DNA from: Chiloscyllium plagiosum
Taxonomy: Eukaryota
Reading direction: 5' to 3'
NCBI RefSeq assembly: GCF_004010195.1
Contig: NC_057710.1
Location: 138,008,075-138,072,074, forward strand
Length of the DNA stretch: 64,000 nucleotides
A program made the translations under genes and the position numbers. This document shows positions 23,067 to 35,799 of the stretch, piece by piece (position 1 is the stretch's first letter; each line of letters opens with the position of its first letter). Below the pieces are notes generated by a model. That model was not told the origin of the DNA. It did no database searches and saw only the letters and a list, made by a program, of their open reading frames with translations.

Positions 23067-23456
23067 GTGGGCGGCATGGTGGCTCAGTGGTTAGCACTGC
23101 TGCCTCACAGTGCCAGGGACCCGGGTTCGATTCCTGCCTCCGTCGACTGTCTGTGTGGAGTTGGCACATTCTCCCCTTGTCTGCGTGGGTTTCCTCCAGG
23201 TGTTCCAGTTTCCTCCCACAATCCAAAGATGTACAGGCCAGGTGAATTGGCCATGCTAAATTGCCCATAGTGTTAGGTACATTACTGTGAGGCAGCAGTG
23301 CTAACCACTGTGCCACCGTGCCGCCCACACGGAGTCAGGAGTAAATATAGGATAGGGGAATGGGTCTGGGTGGGTTGCTCTTTGGAGGGTTGGTGTGGAG
23401 TTGTTGGGCCGAAGGGCTTGTTTTCTTACTGTAGGGTATCTAATCTAATCTAATTC
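23067..23456 (+). mobile_element. Full-length HE1-type SINE carrying an inverted copy of a SINE head at 23285-23328
   Basis: A box tggctcagtggttag, B box gggttcgattcc, (ATCTA)n tail. Confidence 0.92.
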
Positions 23457-26155
23457 TTTGCTGGGATTTTTCACCTCAACAGCTTCTCTGTTGCAGAAAC
23501 TAGAATGTATTTTAGTCTCTTTATTTATGCTTTATTTTCTGTTGTTCACAGTAAGAAACAAATTTCAAAAAGCATCCAATGCTTTAGATATGCAGGATTT
23601 ATTATTAATTAAAGCCACTAAATTTCTTATGATTTGGAGTCTAAAAGAAAACATTATCACAGTGAGCATTAATGCATTACCGTTTAAGTGGCTTTTTTCC
23701 CTTTGAATAAAGTCTGTGGAAAGTTGCCTCGAGGTTCTGAACTATATCAAGGATTTGCCTTAATGCGGAATTGGCTCCTCATTGTGACTAACTTCAGATT
23801 GTGAATGAAATGTGCCACAGTTAATATTACTTTGAAATACCAAGATAATGGTTCCAACATGAATACTGTTCTTTGTGGCCAGGATCCCTCCAGAAATGTT
23901 TGTCAAAGTTAACCCAGGAACCTACATCACCATTTGGTGCATGTTTGGAGAAGGTGGTTCGCCTAGGATTTTATTGTAAACAGGGAGACGTTACCACTCC
24001 AAGCTTGTTGAAAGATGTTCATGGCACCCCGTGGTTACTCAGTTTCATTCTGATCAAGTAGCTGTTACAGGAGAAACTAGCCTGATACAGTTCACAACAA
24101 AGCTAGCCATTGCTGATATTTCAGGCTAAACTACAAAGAACTGAATATGGAAATTGTTCCAGTCACTACAATCAGCTTATGAAAACTGGAAGTTGGCCAA
24201 ATGCATTTATTATCATCAGAATACTGGCCAGTACAGGTAACAGTCACCTTGCTCAAGTCTTTGGGCATAAAGGAAAGATCCTCACCAGAAGTGAGGTACG
24301 GGTCGGCTCCTAAATTCAGATTGAAAAAGGAAAGTGGTTCATATTGGGAATTCAGAGCTGAGGCATTACAAGGTCATGTCTTTATTGAGACATTGTACCT
24401 CACAACTGAGTACATATGCTCAATTACACCACATTTCCCTGTTCCAGGATGATAAAGCACGTAAAGTCTCAATCAGCCATTTATATTAATTCTAACTTTG
24501 ATCTCTACATACATCCTGTCAATAGATTGCAGCAGAATAACACCGTGGAGCTCACAAAATACATTTAACTCTCCTCAATTTATTCTAACCATTCTGTCGC
24601 CATGGTTATATTGGTTCTTCAGCACCACAATTATATTATCCTTAGCAGTGCTTCCCATCATTTTATTACTATAAATACACCAAATTAACAGATTTCAAGC
24701 CATAACAACATGGATGAGTGAATTTTACACGTTCTATTATTCCATCATCTAAGAAAGATTCTTGCCTTACACCTGCATCCACTTTCATGGTCAGTGGAAA
24801 GCTATTTTAACTTCTTGTTTGCTGGTACCATGACAGCCCAGAATGTTGGGTATCTGATAATTGTGAATTCATCTTCCCATACTTGACATCTCTCAAATAG
24901 TGTCTTCATAGTTCTGCTCAATATTTCTCGACACCTTCCCCAACTATCAGTAATAGCTAAACTTCTTTATTTTCCAGTCATGACCTAATTCTTGATGCAC
25001 TCCAATCGAAGATATCTAATTTTTTTTGTCAGTTAGAGAAACAATTGAATCCAATCTAACCATTTCTTTGAGCAATATGTATATTTGTATTTCTTTTGTT
25101 TACTGTCATGCTGAAAGCTCAAGACAGACTCCATGGGCTGAATGGTCTATTTCTGCTCCTGTTGTCTTACCGTCTCATTCAGAATTCAGATGTTAATCGG
25201 GCAGTGAATCAGTGATTAAGGGGAAAAGGCAGTAAAGTGGAATTGAGGAACAGACTTGATGGAATGAATGGCTTACTTTCTTACTTCTTATGGTGTTCAA
25301 AAATAATGGATTACATCTAGGTTATTCTCAACATTTAGAAGAAAAGCATTCAAACTTTCAACTTCTGACCTCACTGTCACGGTAGAGAAGTTGCCTGGCT
25401 AATTACAGCCATTTGAATCTTCTTAAAAATATTGATGGGATTTGATCATTATGACCCAGAAATTCCAATGGCAGGTTGTCTTTTCTGCAGCATACACTGG
25501 AGTTGTGTGCCAGACTATGCGAAATTCCTGACAGAGCTGACTGAGGAAATTTTCCAAGAAATTGAAAACTTTGATAGTCAATTCCTCTGTATCTGCAACC
25601 ATCCATAAATATCCCATATAGTCAATGTCGAAGAACTGCACTTGTTAAGCTTAATAGAATACAGGAGATGTTTGAGGATTAAAAACCTACTCTAACTCCT
25701 GAGTAGCTACTAAACTGAACCCCTGACTCACCACAGATGCCCCACTCCCAACAATATTTCCCCTTAATCCCCAACACCCTCTACCTCAACGCTACTGAAC
25801 CAACATCATTGCACTATGCCCCGTTTCCAAACCGCTACAATTTGACTATCTTGATCTTGAAACCTCCTTAGCCCAACAAGCCACTGACTTGACCCAAAGC
25901 AGTTGCAGGGTGGTCTGTTACAGGGTTAATCCCGAATACCCATTCCTGACATGAACCTGCCTTGTTGCCTGGCCATGGTACAAGGGGCTAGTATCTTTTT
26001 CCCACATTACTCACTGGAAAATCTCAGTGTCAGTGTGGGAACAGGGTTTTAAAGAAACCCTATAATTGACCCAAACTACTCTCATGTGGATTACATACTA
26101 CTTGCGTGCAGGCAGCTTTTCCAAACTTGACCTGGCATCTCAGGAGCATCTTAAA

Positions 26156-26260
26156 AATTCTGAAGAAGGGTCGCACAACCCGAAATGTTAACTCTGATTT
26201 CTCTGCACAGCTGCTGCCAGGCCTGTTGAATTTTTTCCAGCAATTTCTGTTTTTGCATCT
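26156..26260 (+). mobile_element. Penelope-like unit (family B) with hammerhead motif
   Basis: ctgaaga-a-gggt-cgcaca-accc-gaaa-tgtt-aact at 26160-26193. Confidence 0.65.
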
Positions 26261-26455
26261 TAAAAGTGATTGGCAGTTCTATCAATGACTGACCTCATGC
26301 TTGACCATGTATAAAGTATGCTTTAATCAAAAAATGATGTGGACAATTATAAATGTATATTTTTATACAGTGGGAAATTGCCTGTTTGGGTTTGCAAATC
26401 TCTGAGTTGTTGATGTCAGTATATTAACTTGAATTTCTACTTTATTTTCTACCAG

Positions 26456-26529
26456 GCAGGAAATCTGCAAACTCATTTACGACGACACTCTGGTGAAAAG
26501 CCATACATTTGTGAGATCTGTGGCAAAAG
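26456..26529 (+). CDS. ZBTB49: ZBTB49 coding exon 4 ([25 protein letters not shown])
   Basis: accag acceptor, AG|gtgatt donor, 74 bp phase 0-2. Confidence 0.95.
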
Positions 26530-27704
26530 GTGATTGTGGCAACCTTTTTTTTTTAACTTCAGTCATGGAATACATTGTGTTGAATTTTCCTATACCATTG
26601 GGAACCTATGACAGGATCATTTCTGTGTCCTGACCCCAAGATGTCGGATGTGTGTTTCATTTTATGGGAATCATTCGCTATTCCACTCTTATAGCGAGTG
26701 AGCTCTGGAAGTGCAACTGCAGGACATAATGGCCCACTTCAGTGTAGTTCAAGGGCAATAAGGGATGGAGAATAAATGTTGGTCCAGCCAAAAGTGCCCA
26801 CATCCAATGACTGAATTTTTTTAAAAAAGTTCTGAAGCATTGACAGTGTTGAGATGGATCACTGTTGAGAGCTGTAATGTTGGATCAGTAGGGAGTCTGT
26901 GCAGCCACTATCAGCGTCAGTGGAGCAAATGAAAATTCTAATGCCCTCTCGCTGTTAGAGTAATCCATTCCTATCATTTCAATTTGCAATGCAAGTCCAA
27001 TATATGGGCAGACAGCAACCTTGCCATTTGCATCAGTGGGCTCTTCAACAGTCTCAAAAGGATCAAGGTTACCAGCTCCCATTGTGGAGCCACCACCAGA
27101 CACGGTGGGAAGGCCCGTACATTACTTACACGTGTTTGTGTGTCCAATGCAGGGGCTAATTACCCTTTAAGCATTTAATTGAGTACCTGCTGCTGCCATA
27201 TGTTCAGCTGATTGTGTCTGGTTGGATCAGGCTGTGATAGGTAGGCGGGTTGCTAAGTTGGGTTGACAATAAATGGAGATGCCGAGAGTCCTGAGTTTGG
27301 TAAATCCCGAATATAAGGATAGATATTTTTTCAAAGCTCTCCAGGCAATCAGGCCATGATTTATTCAGAGTGTGCAGTATCTTAGAAAATGATTGTCATT
27401 ATCATGCAGAGCGTAAGTGAAGAAGAAAAGAGTGAAAACATTTTTAAATCTATGAATGTGATTTAATGGTGTAATATTTCTGAGCTACAGGCAGAATGAG
27501 ATGATCAGATTGAATGGTACGCACAGCTGTGATGAGTAGTTTGTAATTTTACCCTGGTGTTTTTGATTACATGAATGTTTTTAGAAGGAGAAAGAGTCAC
27601 TAGCTTCAGGAGAGTGAATAGTATTTTGAAAGTTGAAATAGTCCTTTGTTTTACAAAGAAATGCAAAATTTGTTCTTTTTCTAAGGTCTTCTTCTTTATT
27701 TCAG

Positions 27705-27787
27705 GTTTGCTGCATCTGGTGATGTGCAACGCCATATTGTTATTCACACAGGTCAAAAACCTCATCTCTGTGACATTTGTGGTCGAG
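27705..27787 (+). CDS. ZBTB49: ZBTB49 coding exon 5 (FAASGDVQRHIVIHTGQKPHLCDICGRG)
   Basis: tttcag acceptor, G|gtttgt donor, 83 bp phase 2-1. Confidence 0.95.
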
Positions 27788-28595
27788 GTTTGTGTTTGAA
27801 GTATTTCATTTCTGTTCCTATGTAAGCAGTTAATGTATAAATTCTGACCTTTACACCAAAATCCATTGTAGAAGGCAGAGATGGGGGTCAATCTCGGTTC
27901 ATTATTTTGGCTTCAAAACCTCTGTAACTATTAAGTCAAAAGGAAATTGGTACTGCTGTGCCTGTTTTTAGTCATGCTGGACAGAGTTCTCTTATTTTAG
28001 ACTATGTACTGAGGTAGGTGTAAAAGCAGGAGGGACATTGGTGCACAGGTCTGGCTTTCCCACACAATTACATCTTCTCAGTTTATTACGTATTCGCCAG
28101 TGGGTAAAACACCACATTTTGGGGCAAGAAGTTCTGTCCTTCTCAGGAACCAGTGGGGTTCCAACATTCAGGCACCATATTTTAAAGTCAGGTGGTCAGC
28201 ATGGATCAACTTCAAAAGACCAACTGTTGTGGTTGTAACCCATGTCCCATGTAAGCCTTTGTGCTCAGCCACATATCCCTGGACACTACCCTCATATCTT
28301 GTATCCTTCAAATGTATGAGGCTTTTTCAATTAATATTTTGGGCTGGGTTACAACTCAAGTCGCAAGTGAAAAGTCAAGGCTGTTCACATTTCACTTAGA
28401 CTTCAGGTGACATTTGTTTTGAACAAACTACCAAACATGTTATTCAGTTGGCCAATTACTGCAATCAGTCTGACAATGTTAGTCATTTCGTGTGTCATGA
28501 CTTTCCTGTTCTTATTCCTTGTGCTTCCATACCTATCAATAAACCATTCTACAGCTCAGCAGTACAAACAGAGGAGCTTCTCCTTGTCAACCAAT

Positions 28596-28621
28596 CTCTC
28601 TCTCTCTCTCTCTCTCTCTCT
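28596..28621. repeat. (TC)n microsatellite
   Basis: About 13 TC units seen directly. Confidence 0.95.
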
Positions 28622-29203
28622 GAGAAAAGCACTAACTCACCTGTATGGCTTTCTTGATTTTATTTTTGATCTTGCCACTGGACACATGCCTGACCTCTTC
28701 CCTTCCTGCCTTCATGACTCCGGCAAACAGTAACTAGCTTTGTGGAAGATCAGAGTTGTAAATCTCAAGGCAGACTTGTTTGTTTTCACTGGAATTTAGA
28801 AGAGTGAGATGTGATTTGATTCAAGTATATAAGACTCTGAATTGTCTTGACCAGGTGGAAATAGAAAGGGTGCTTCTTTTTGTGGATGAGTCCAGATCAT
28901 TGAGGCACTGTTTTAAATTTAAGGGTTGTCCTTTTTAGGACAGATATGAAGAGAATGTTTTTCTGAGGAATGGCCGACTTTGGAACTCAGGGCCTCAGAA
29001 AGAGATGGAGGTGGGGCCACTGAATATTTAACAGCTGTGCAGTAAAGTGGTGTCCCGTAGCCACTTATGAAATCAAAAAGCTGTGTTTGGAACCAAAAAT
29101 AAAAGTTGCCTTAACTTTGTATGCATTAAATTTGTTTATAATTTATGTATTTAAAATGGTGCCGGACTACGGCAACTTATACACATTTTACTGTATTTTC
29201 ACA

Positions 29204-29332
29204 TTCCTGATGAAGGGCTAATGCCGGAAACATCGACTCTCATGCTTCTAAGATGCTGCCTGACCTGCTGTGCTTTTCCAGAGCGACAGTTTTCGACTCT
29301 GACTTTGCAGCATCTGCAGTCCTCACTTTCTC
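29204..29332 (+). mobile_element. Penelope-like ~129-bp unit (family A) with a perfect 13-bp TSD
   Basis: ctgtattttcaca at 29191-29203 and 29333-29345; starts ttc-ctgatga-a-gggc-taat-gccg-gaaa-catc. Confidence 0.8.
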
Positions 29333-29939
29333 CTGTATTTTCACAAATACATGTAACAATAAATTACCACTCTTTACTATTTATAAAGTGGTGTACATTG
29401 ATTCCCTTACCAAACAGAAATCTAAGGGGCAAACCAAAATGTGCAATTCAAACCTTAAAAAGTGTAGCCATGATTCTACTGAATGGTGGGGTATTGCGAG
29501 GGACTAAATGGCCTACATCTGTTTCTCATTCATACGTTTCCTCAGTGCAGAAAATTGATGGACTATGCAAACCTCTTCATACCCTTTCTTTGGGAGGAGT
29601 GGCTTCACATTTGGGAGTAGGTTGAAGAGGAATTTAGAAAGGCACAGTTAGTTGAACAATGGAAGAAATAAATCTTGTAACACTATAGGATTCTGATTTT
29701 ATATCTCACCTTATGTCTGAAAAATACAAGGGTTGATAGGTTTAATTGAGGTGATCAAATAAGATTAGCCCACAAGCAGTATAAGAGCTTACATACAACT
29801 TTTCCTGTTACGTATTGATTCTGTACTGACATACTTTTTGCAACACTGCTTGATACTAATAAACTAATCAAAGTCTTTGAATACTTGTGTTGCAGTATGT
29901 AGCAATGAATCTTTTAAATCTAATTTGTTAAAATTTTAG

Positions 29940-30101
29940 GTTTCAGTAACTTCAGTAATTTAAAGGAACACAAAAAGACACACAGTGCAGATAAACTGTT
30001 TACTTGTGACCAGTGCGGAAAGTCTTTTAACATGCAGCGGAAACTTGTTAAACACCGAATCCGTCATACAGGAGAGCGGCCATATAATTGTTTAACATGC
30101 G
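29940..30101 (+). CDS. ZBTB49: ZBTB49 coding exon 6 ([54 protein letters not shown])
   Basis: ttttag acceptor, G|gtaggt donor, 162 bp phase 1-1. Confidence 0.96.
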
Positions 30102-31145
30102 GTAGGTTTATTGTTAAAGCATCTAGAAATGTTTGCGCTCTGAAATATTTTCAACCAAGTAAAATGTCATTGGTTTGCTGATAGCTCAGCAAGCTTTATC
30201 AGACATTAACCGAATCACACAAATTATGTGGATTCTGGTGGTGCTGAATATTTTAGTTATTGCCATAATAAAGTATTGAGCTATATAAATTATGAGATTG
30301 AGGGTTTGATTTGACTGGATAAAGAAGGGGGTTGTCTTAACGTACTGCATTTTAAATTCTGATGGCACACACAGGTATCTCCAAAACATAAAACAATGAA
30401 TTTGTGTTTTGGAGAGTTATTGTATTTTTTGTATAATGTACTTTATTTTTACAACGGGTAAGGAATGTTTAGTTTATGGCCTGTGTTTATTGTTTATAGC
30501 AATATAGGCTGTGTCCATATCATGAATGTGATTTTAAAAAAAAGAGTATCTTTATCGTTCAGATACTTCAGTCTACTTCATTTTTCTGCAAAGTGATCTT
30601 ATTGCAACATCTTTAATACTATCCTCAGGATCATTTGCACTGGAATACTTATAAAAACATATTTGTCTGAAGTCCTATGCTACGTATAATTGGTTGAATC
30701 TAAGACTGTTAGGTCAATATTTCATAATGTATAGGAGGGTATGTATATGTCTGATCCTGCAACAAAACAAAAGAGAAGAGAATTCTTCAAGGTTAATTCA
30801 TTAAGGGAATTCTATTAGAAAGCATTTTTTCTTTCTAATCCATTTCCGTTAAACTTGACATGTACTTCTGTGGGTGATAAACACCTCTCAATCAAATGTC
30901 CATTCTTTCTTTCATGATCCACAGCAGTCTGTATCAGCAGGTTCTTAGATGATTGGATAATATGTTTTATGATCCGACTCATAGATAAATATACTTTCAG
31001 ACACAGTCGATGGATGTATTTAATGTTAATTAATTGAACACTATAGAGCAAGCACTGGCATTTTTAGAAGACCTTTTCCTTGGTGTTGTTACAGAAACAC
31101 AGTATACTTAGCAATTACTCCTATGTCCTTTCTTTTAACTTGCAG

Positions 31146-31837
31146 GAAAACGGTTTGCAGGTTCTGGTGACTTGCGTCGCCATGTCCGAACACACACTGG
31201 TGAACGGCCATATAATTGTGAGACATGTGGCAAGTGCTTCACCCGTTCTGCTGTGCTGCACAGACACAAGCGAATGCACTGCAAGTACAATGGAGACCAT
31301 GACGTAAGAAATGAAGAGATTGACAGCTCTGAGGAAAATTATCGACAGCCTGCAGAGCAAAGATCACCAGACTCTGAGCCGCTCAGCCAGGCTATGCAAG
31401 TTGCACTGCTGCCAGTCTCTCCATTAGACAAGCTTCATGGTGACCCAGAACAACCTTCAGTTGGGGTGACTGAGGCATCAGCAACCATGCATGAAGATTC
31501 TCATTCTGAATATAATTCTTTGGTTCAACAACAAGTGGATGATCATCAAAACAAAATGGTATTGAGTCCTGCTAAAACTCACAAGCCTCAAGCTTCCCAT
31601 CATCCTCACACTCACGTGGTTGACAGCAGCCCAAGGTCTGAAGAGTCCTTGCCATCTCAGAACCCCTCAACTGTGCGATCATCAGTGACAAGTCTGGACA
31701 TTCACATTAATGTGCCCTTTGGAAATCACACACCTAGTGTTTCATATCGAACAAATGAAGGACCATTCCTCTCCAGCCTAACACTGTGGGGTCTGGCAAT
31801 GAAAACCTTACAAAATGATAATGAATTAGATCAATGA
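31146..31837 (+). CDS. ZBTB49: ZBTB49 final coding exon: fingers 6-7 and C-terminal tail ending [18 protein letters not shown]; spliced CDS is 2400 nt / 799 aa
   Basis: ttgcag acceptor; in frame with upstream exons; C-terminus matches recalled human [18 protein letters not shown]. Confidence 0.96.
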
Positions 31838-31957
31838 CAGACTTTTTATCTTAATTCAGCTAATATAAGCAACCGTTAGATTGCACTTGAGTTTTATTTT
31901 TGGCATAATTGCTGAGAGGGAGAAAGAAGTCTTGTGAAATGTATTTTTGTAAGTTTT

Positions 31958-31963
31958 AATAAA
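31958..31963 (+). terminator. Candidate ZBTB49 polyadenylation signal AATAAA
   Basis: First canonical hexamer, ~120 nt after the stop; a longer UTR cannot be excluded. Confidence 0.5.
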
Positions 31964-32945
31964 TACACTTAGATATTTAATAGAATATGGTCAGTGGGAT
32001 CCATACAATACGTGGTTGTGCATCTTTTTAATTAACTGTCTTGAAATATAATGCTACAGCAGCTTGTTTTAATGAAAAAAAACAAGTTAATTGCAATAAT
32101 TGTTTTCAGTTAATTGCAATGATCATTGACCTTTATCAATTACATACTTTGTAGCGTTGCTTTTTCTTTGATTCCTTTTAGTTCTCATTTTGAGAGGTAA
32201 AATCAGAATCCTAACAGACATTTCAGTGTAGTTTTCCTTTGCTACACCCATTACACCAGATCTCTTTGGATCAATATTATTTGTCATTGGGATCAGCTGA
32301 AATATGTAACTATACACAAAATCTAGACATTTACGTTACAGTATTTATAAAGGCTTTTAAGAGCTACTTTGTTAATGTTGCACACTTTTGTTTTTGATGG
32401 TATGCAGAGTTAAAAAAATTCCAATTGCAACTACAAGTCCATTAATATTTGTGCATATTTTGCAAACGTTTGTCCCACTTTAGACATCCTCAATTTATGG
32501 ATAGCAAACTCCAAACGTAGTTTCTTTAATCATCTGAAATTGGTACCTTATGAGAAAAAAACAGTCCTTAAGACAGGGCTGAACAAGAAGGATAAATACT
32601 TGAAGCACGAGACCTTGTATGCCTCCAGAGGTATAGATTGTCCAACCTGACTGGTAGCTCATAATTCAGCAGAAATTCACCAAGGCCCCTTTGACAGCAC
32701 CTCCCAAACCTTTGACCTCAATCACTTAGAAAAACAAAGGTGCAGACATATGGGAGCACTACTACTTGCAAATTGCCCTCCAAGCCACACCTCCCTGACT
32801 TAGAATGATTATTGTTCTTCCTTCATTTTCACTGGGTCAGAATTCTAGAACTCCCTTCCTAATAGCATTGTGGATGCCCCTAAGCCATAGGTTCTGCAAT
32901 GGTTCAAGAAGACAGCTCACCACCACCTTATCACAGGCAAATTAT

Positions 32946-33250
32946 ATTAGATTAGATTACATTACAGTATGGAAACAGGCCCTTCGGCCCAACAAGTCCA
33001 CACCGACCCGCCGAAGCGCAACCCACCCATACCCCTATACCTAACACTACGGGCAATTTAGCATGGCCAATTCACCTGACCTGCACATCTTTGGACTGTG
33101 GGAGGAAACCGGAGCACCCGGAGGAAACCCACGCAGACACGGGGAGAACGTGCAAACTCCACACAGTCAGTCACCTGAGTCGGGAATTGAACCCGGGTCT
33201 CTGGCGCTGCGAGGCAGCAGTGCTAACCACTGTGCCACCGTGCCGCCCAC
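32946..33250 (-). mobile_element. Young HE1-type SINE nested in the 3' end of an older LINE (32660-33310)
   Basis: Intact A/B boxes, many retained CpGs, (ATCTA)n tail; host sequence resumes on both sides. Confidence 0.92.
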
Positions 33251-35799
33251 AAATAGAGATGGGAAATAAATGCCGGCCCAGCCAGCAACATTCACCTTCC
33301 CTGCACCAAATAAAAATAAGGAAATTATATGACTGATTCATAGCAAACTGGTCAGACGACCATTAACAAGCAATGTAACAATTTGTCAATCATAGAGCAA
33401 AAATATTGGCGTCTGATTGAAGAATTGCAAAGAAACAATGGGACTGAAAATCAGAGTTGCAGCGAAGCTTAAGTATTACTATCCAGGAGAAAGCTTTTCT
33501 TCAAAAGAAACTTGAGATTTGTCTGATATTAATTGTTTCTTGATTCATTGTGGTTTGTTTCTCTTCCTGTATCTGCACATCTGGCATACCCTCATTCTAT
33601 TTGCCTATGTACATTTATTGTAATTGTAATGTCTCTGAATTCTCATTTCTTTCTGAAAGCCTGTTTTTGCCATTTACCTTCTTCCACTACTTATTTTCTT
33701 GTTGGTTTATATTCATTTTGTGTATATTTCCTTTTTAAAATTTACCAAAAATGACAGTATAAATTTCAAGGAGTGCATGTGTGTGCGCACGCATGTGTGT
33801 CTTTGTGTCTTCGGATCTGGTTTAAGATGCGGCAATACAATGTAAAGATAATGCTGGTGTTGAGTTGGATCTGAAGATGTAAGTTGGCAGTTGTGTGTGA
33901 GAAATCACTATTTCGGGAGTCATTTCAAAATATAAAGTTTTTTTTAAATATGCATTTTCCCCCAATTTACCTGACTTTCAGATACAGTTTAATAGAAAAC
34001 ACAGATCAGATTTCTGTATAGAGCAAGAATTACAACTTACTGCAAGTAATTTCATTCTAGCTATAGGTAAATTTTATATGCAAATTAAAACTCTAGTGAC
34101 CTTTATCAACTTATCCTTACCCACACACCCACACAGACGGACAATCAAAGTAAAAATAGTTTTTAAAAAATGAAAGAACTGTGGATGCTGTAACTCAAAA
34201 ACAAAAACAGAAATTGCTGGAAAAGCATAGCAGGTCTGGCAGCATCTGTGGAGAGAAATCAAAGTTAATGGTTTTGGTTGAGTGATCCTCAGTGGTCAAA
34301 ATCGAGTGAAATAGGTTGTGGACAGGAGAAAACTGGAAAGACAGTTTAGTAGTCTTTGTTCCTAGCTTCTGTTGTTGAGATGATCTTTCTGACTCTTCTG
34401 TGGGCCAGCACATTACTTTAATTGTCTTTCTCTAGAAGTTCCAATGTTTGTTGAGAGACACGTGACTGATATGCTCATTTAAAAAGTCTAGCTTACCAAT
34501 TAAAAGTCAAAGCATCTGGCAGCATCAGTGGGAAGAAAGTTTTTATTTCAGATATCCAGCATCTGTAGTTTTTTCATATAATACCACTCCTCAACTAAAG
34601 AAGAATTAACACTTCTCTCTCTGTACTTGTTCTCAGTTCCAAGCTGTTCAGTTACCTCACAACCAACCTCACAGTTGTTAGTAGGCAAAATAGCCTCTGT
34701 CACTGATAACTGGTCACTAGTCCATAGACTAATCAACGTCTTGCTATCAGCAAAAGCTATGTCAGTACATCCACTCAACTACAAATCATTTGGCAATTCA
34801 TCTTTCAATTACTGCTTATTCAGACAGTTGTTTGCATGGTGCCTGATGTAGGTGTCCAGTTATTTGCTTTCAAATCTCCAACCACCCTGTCAAACACTCA
34901 TTTTTAAAACAGCTCTCCTATTGGAGAGCTCAAATATTAACAGTGCCATGCTTTAAAGGATACCTTAAAGGCAAGACGTACATGTGAGTAGACATTGGGA
35001 TAAGTTTACAGCCAAAGCAAAGGTCGAGTACGATAGGCATCATTTCTGTTGCAGGTGGAGCACCTCAATGAGGCAGAGTATCCAATAAAATTTATAAGAT
35101 GAGGGCATCACTGGCTGGGCCAGCATTATTGCCAACCCTAGGTTTTCATTGAGAAAATGGTGCAATCAAGCAGTCTTCTTGAACAATGTACAGTTCAATG
35201 CTCAGTACAGTGGGAGATTGCAAGATACCCTGACATATCAATGAGTGTGAATGAGTCCTGCACCAACTTTGCACAGGGCTTTGTGGCTAAGTCCATCAGC
35301 ACTGGGTTGAACGTGGTGCAGCATCGAGTAGGCAATATCTCAGCTTTCATTGTGGTACAAGCAGAAGCCACACAATGGCTGAGTAGTGCAGCAGAGACTT
35401 AATGTTTGTTCAAGTCAGCTTGATGTATGTCTGGTTAGCAGTGTTCAAAGGAAACCCTGGAGTCTCCCAGCATTCCAGTAATGTTTCCTCCAATATTTTA
35501 GGAGGAAAGTTGACCCATCACTCCAGCAGAATGACAGTGGCTGTGTGGAGCATGAACCAGTTGTCTTCTGTCAGGGTGACAGCGTTTGTGCCTCCCACCA
35601 CTGACACTCTGCTCCTAGCCAGCCCAGACTGCTGCACCCATGCTGAGATGGTACTGTGCAGAGCGGGAGTTTTTAAATCCAAAGCTGTTCTGGATCACCA
35701 TCCAAGGCCATCTTCAGGGTCCCTAGTGGAAATTAGTGAAAATTAGCTGTTGGCCACCAGCCACACTAGGTTAAGACATGTTACTAATTAACCAATTTG

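Noticed and set aside
23067-23140. tRNA gene-like sequences (also at 17483, 33180-33250, 63700-63773, 63872)
   Set aside because: These are tRNA-derived SINE heads continuing into SINE bodies, without a complete cloverleaf or Pol III terminator.
31172-31837. 221-aa ORF as a separate zinc-finger gene
   Set aside because: It is the last exon of ZBTB49, entered by splicing at 31146.
33775-33800. Alternating purine-pyrimidine tract (possible Z-DNA)
   Set aside because: Short degenerate (TG)n microsatellite with no functional context.
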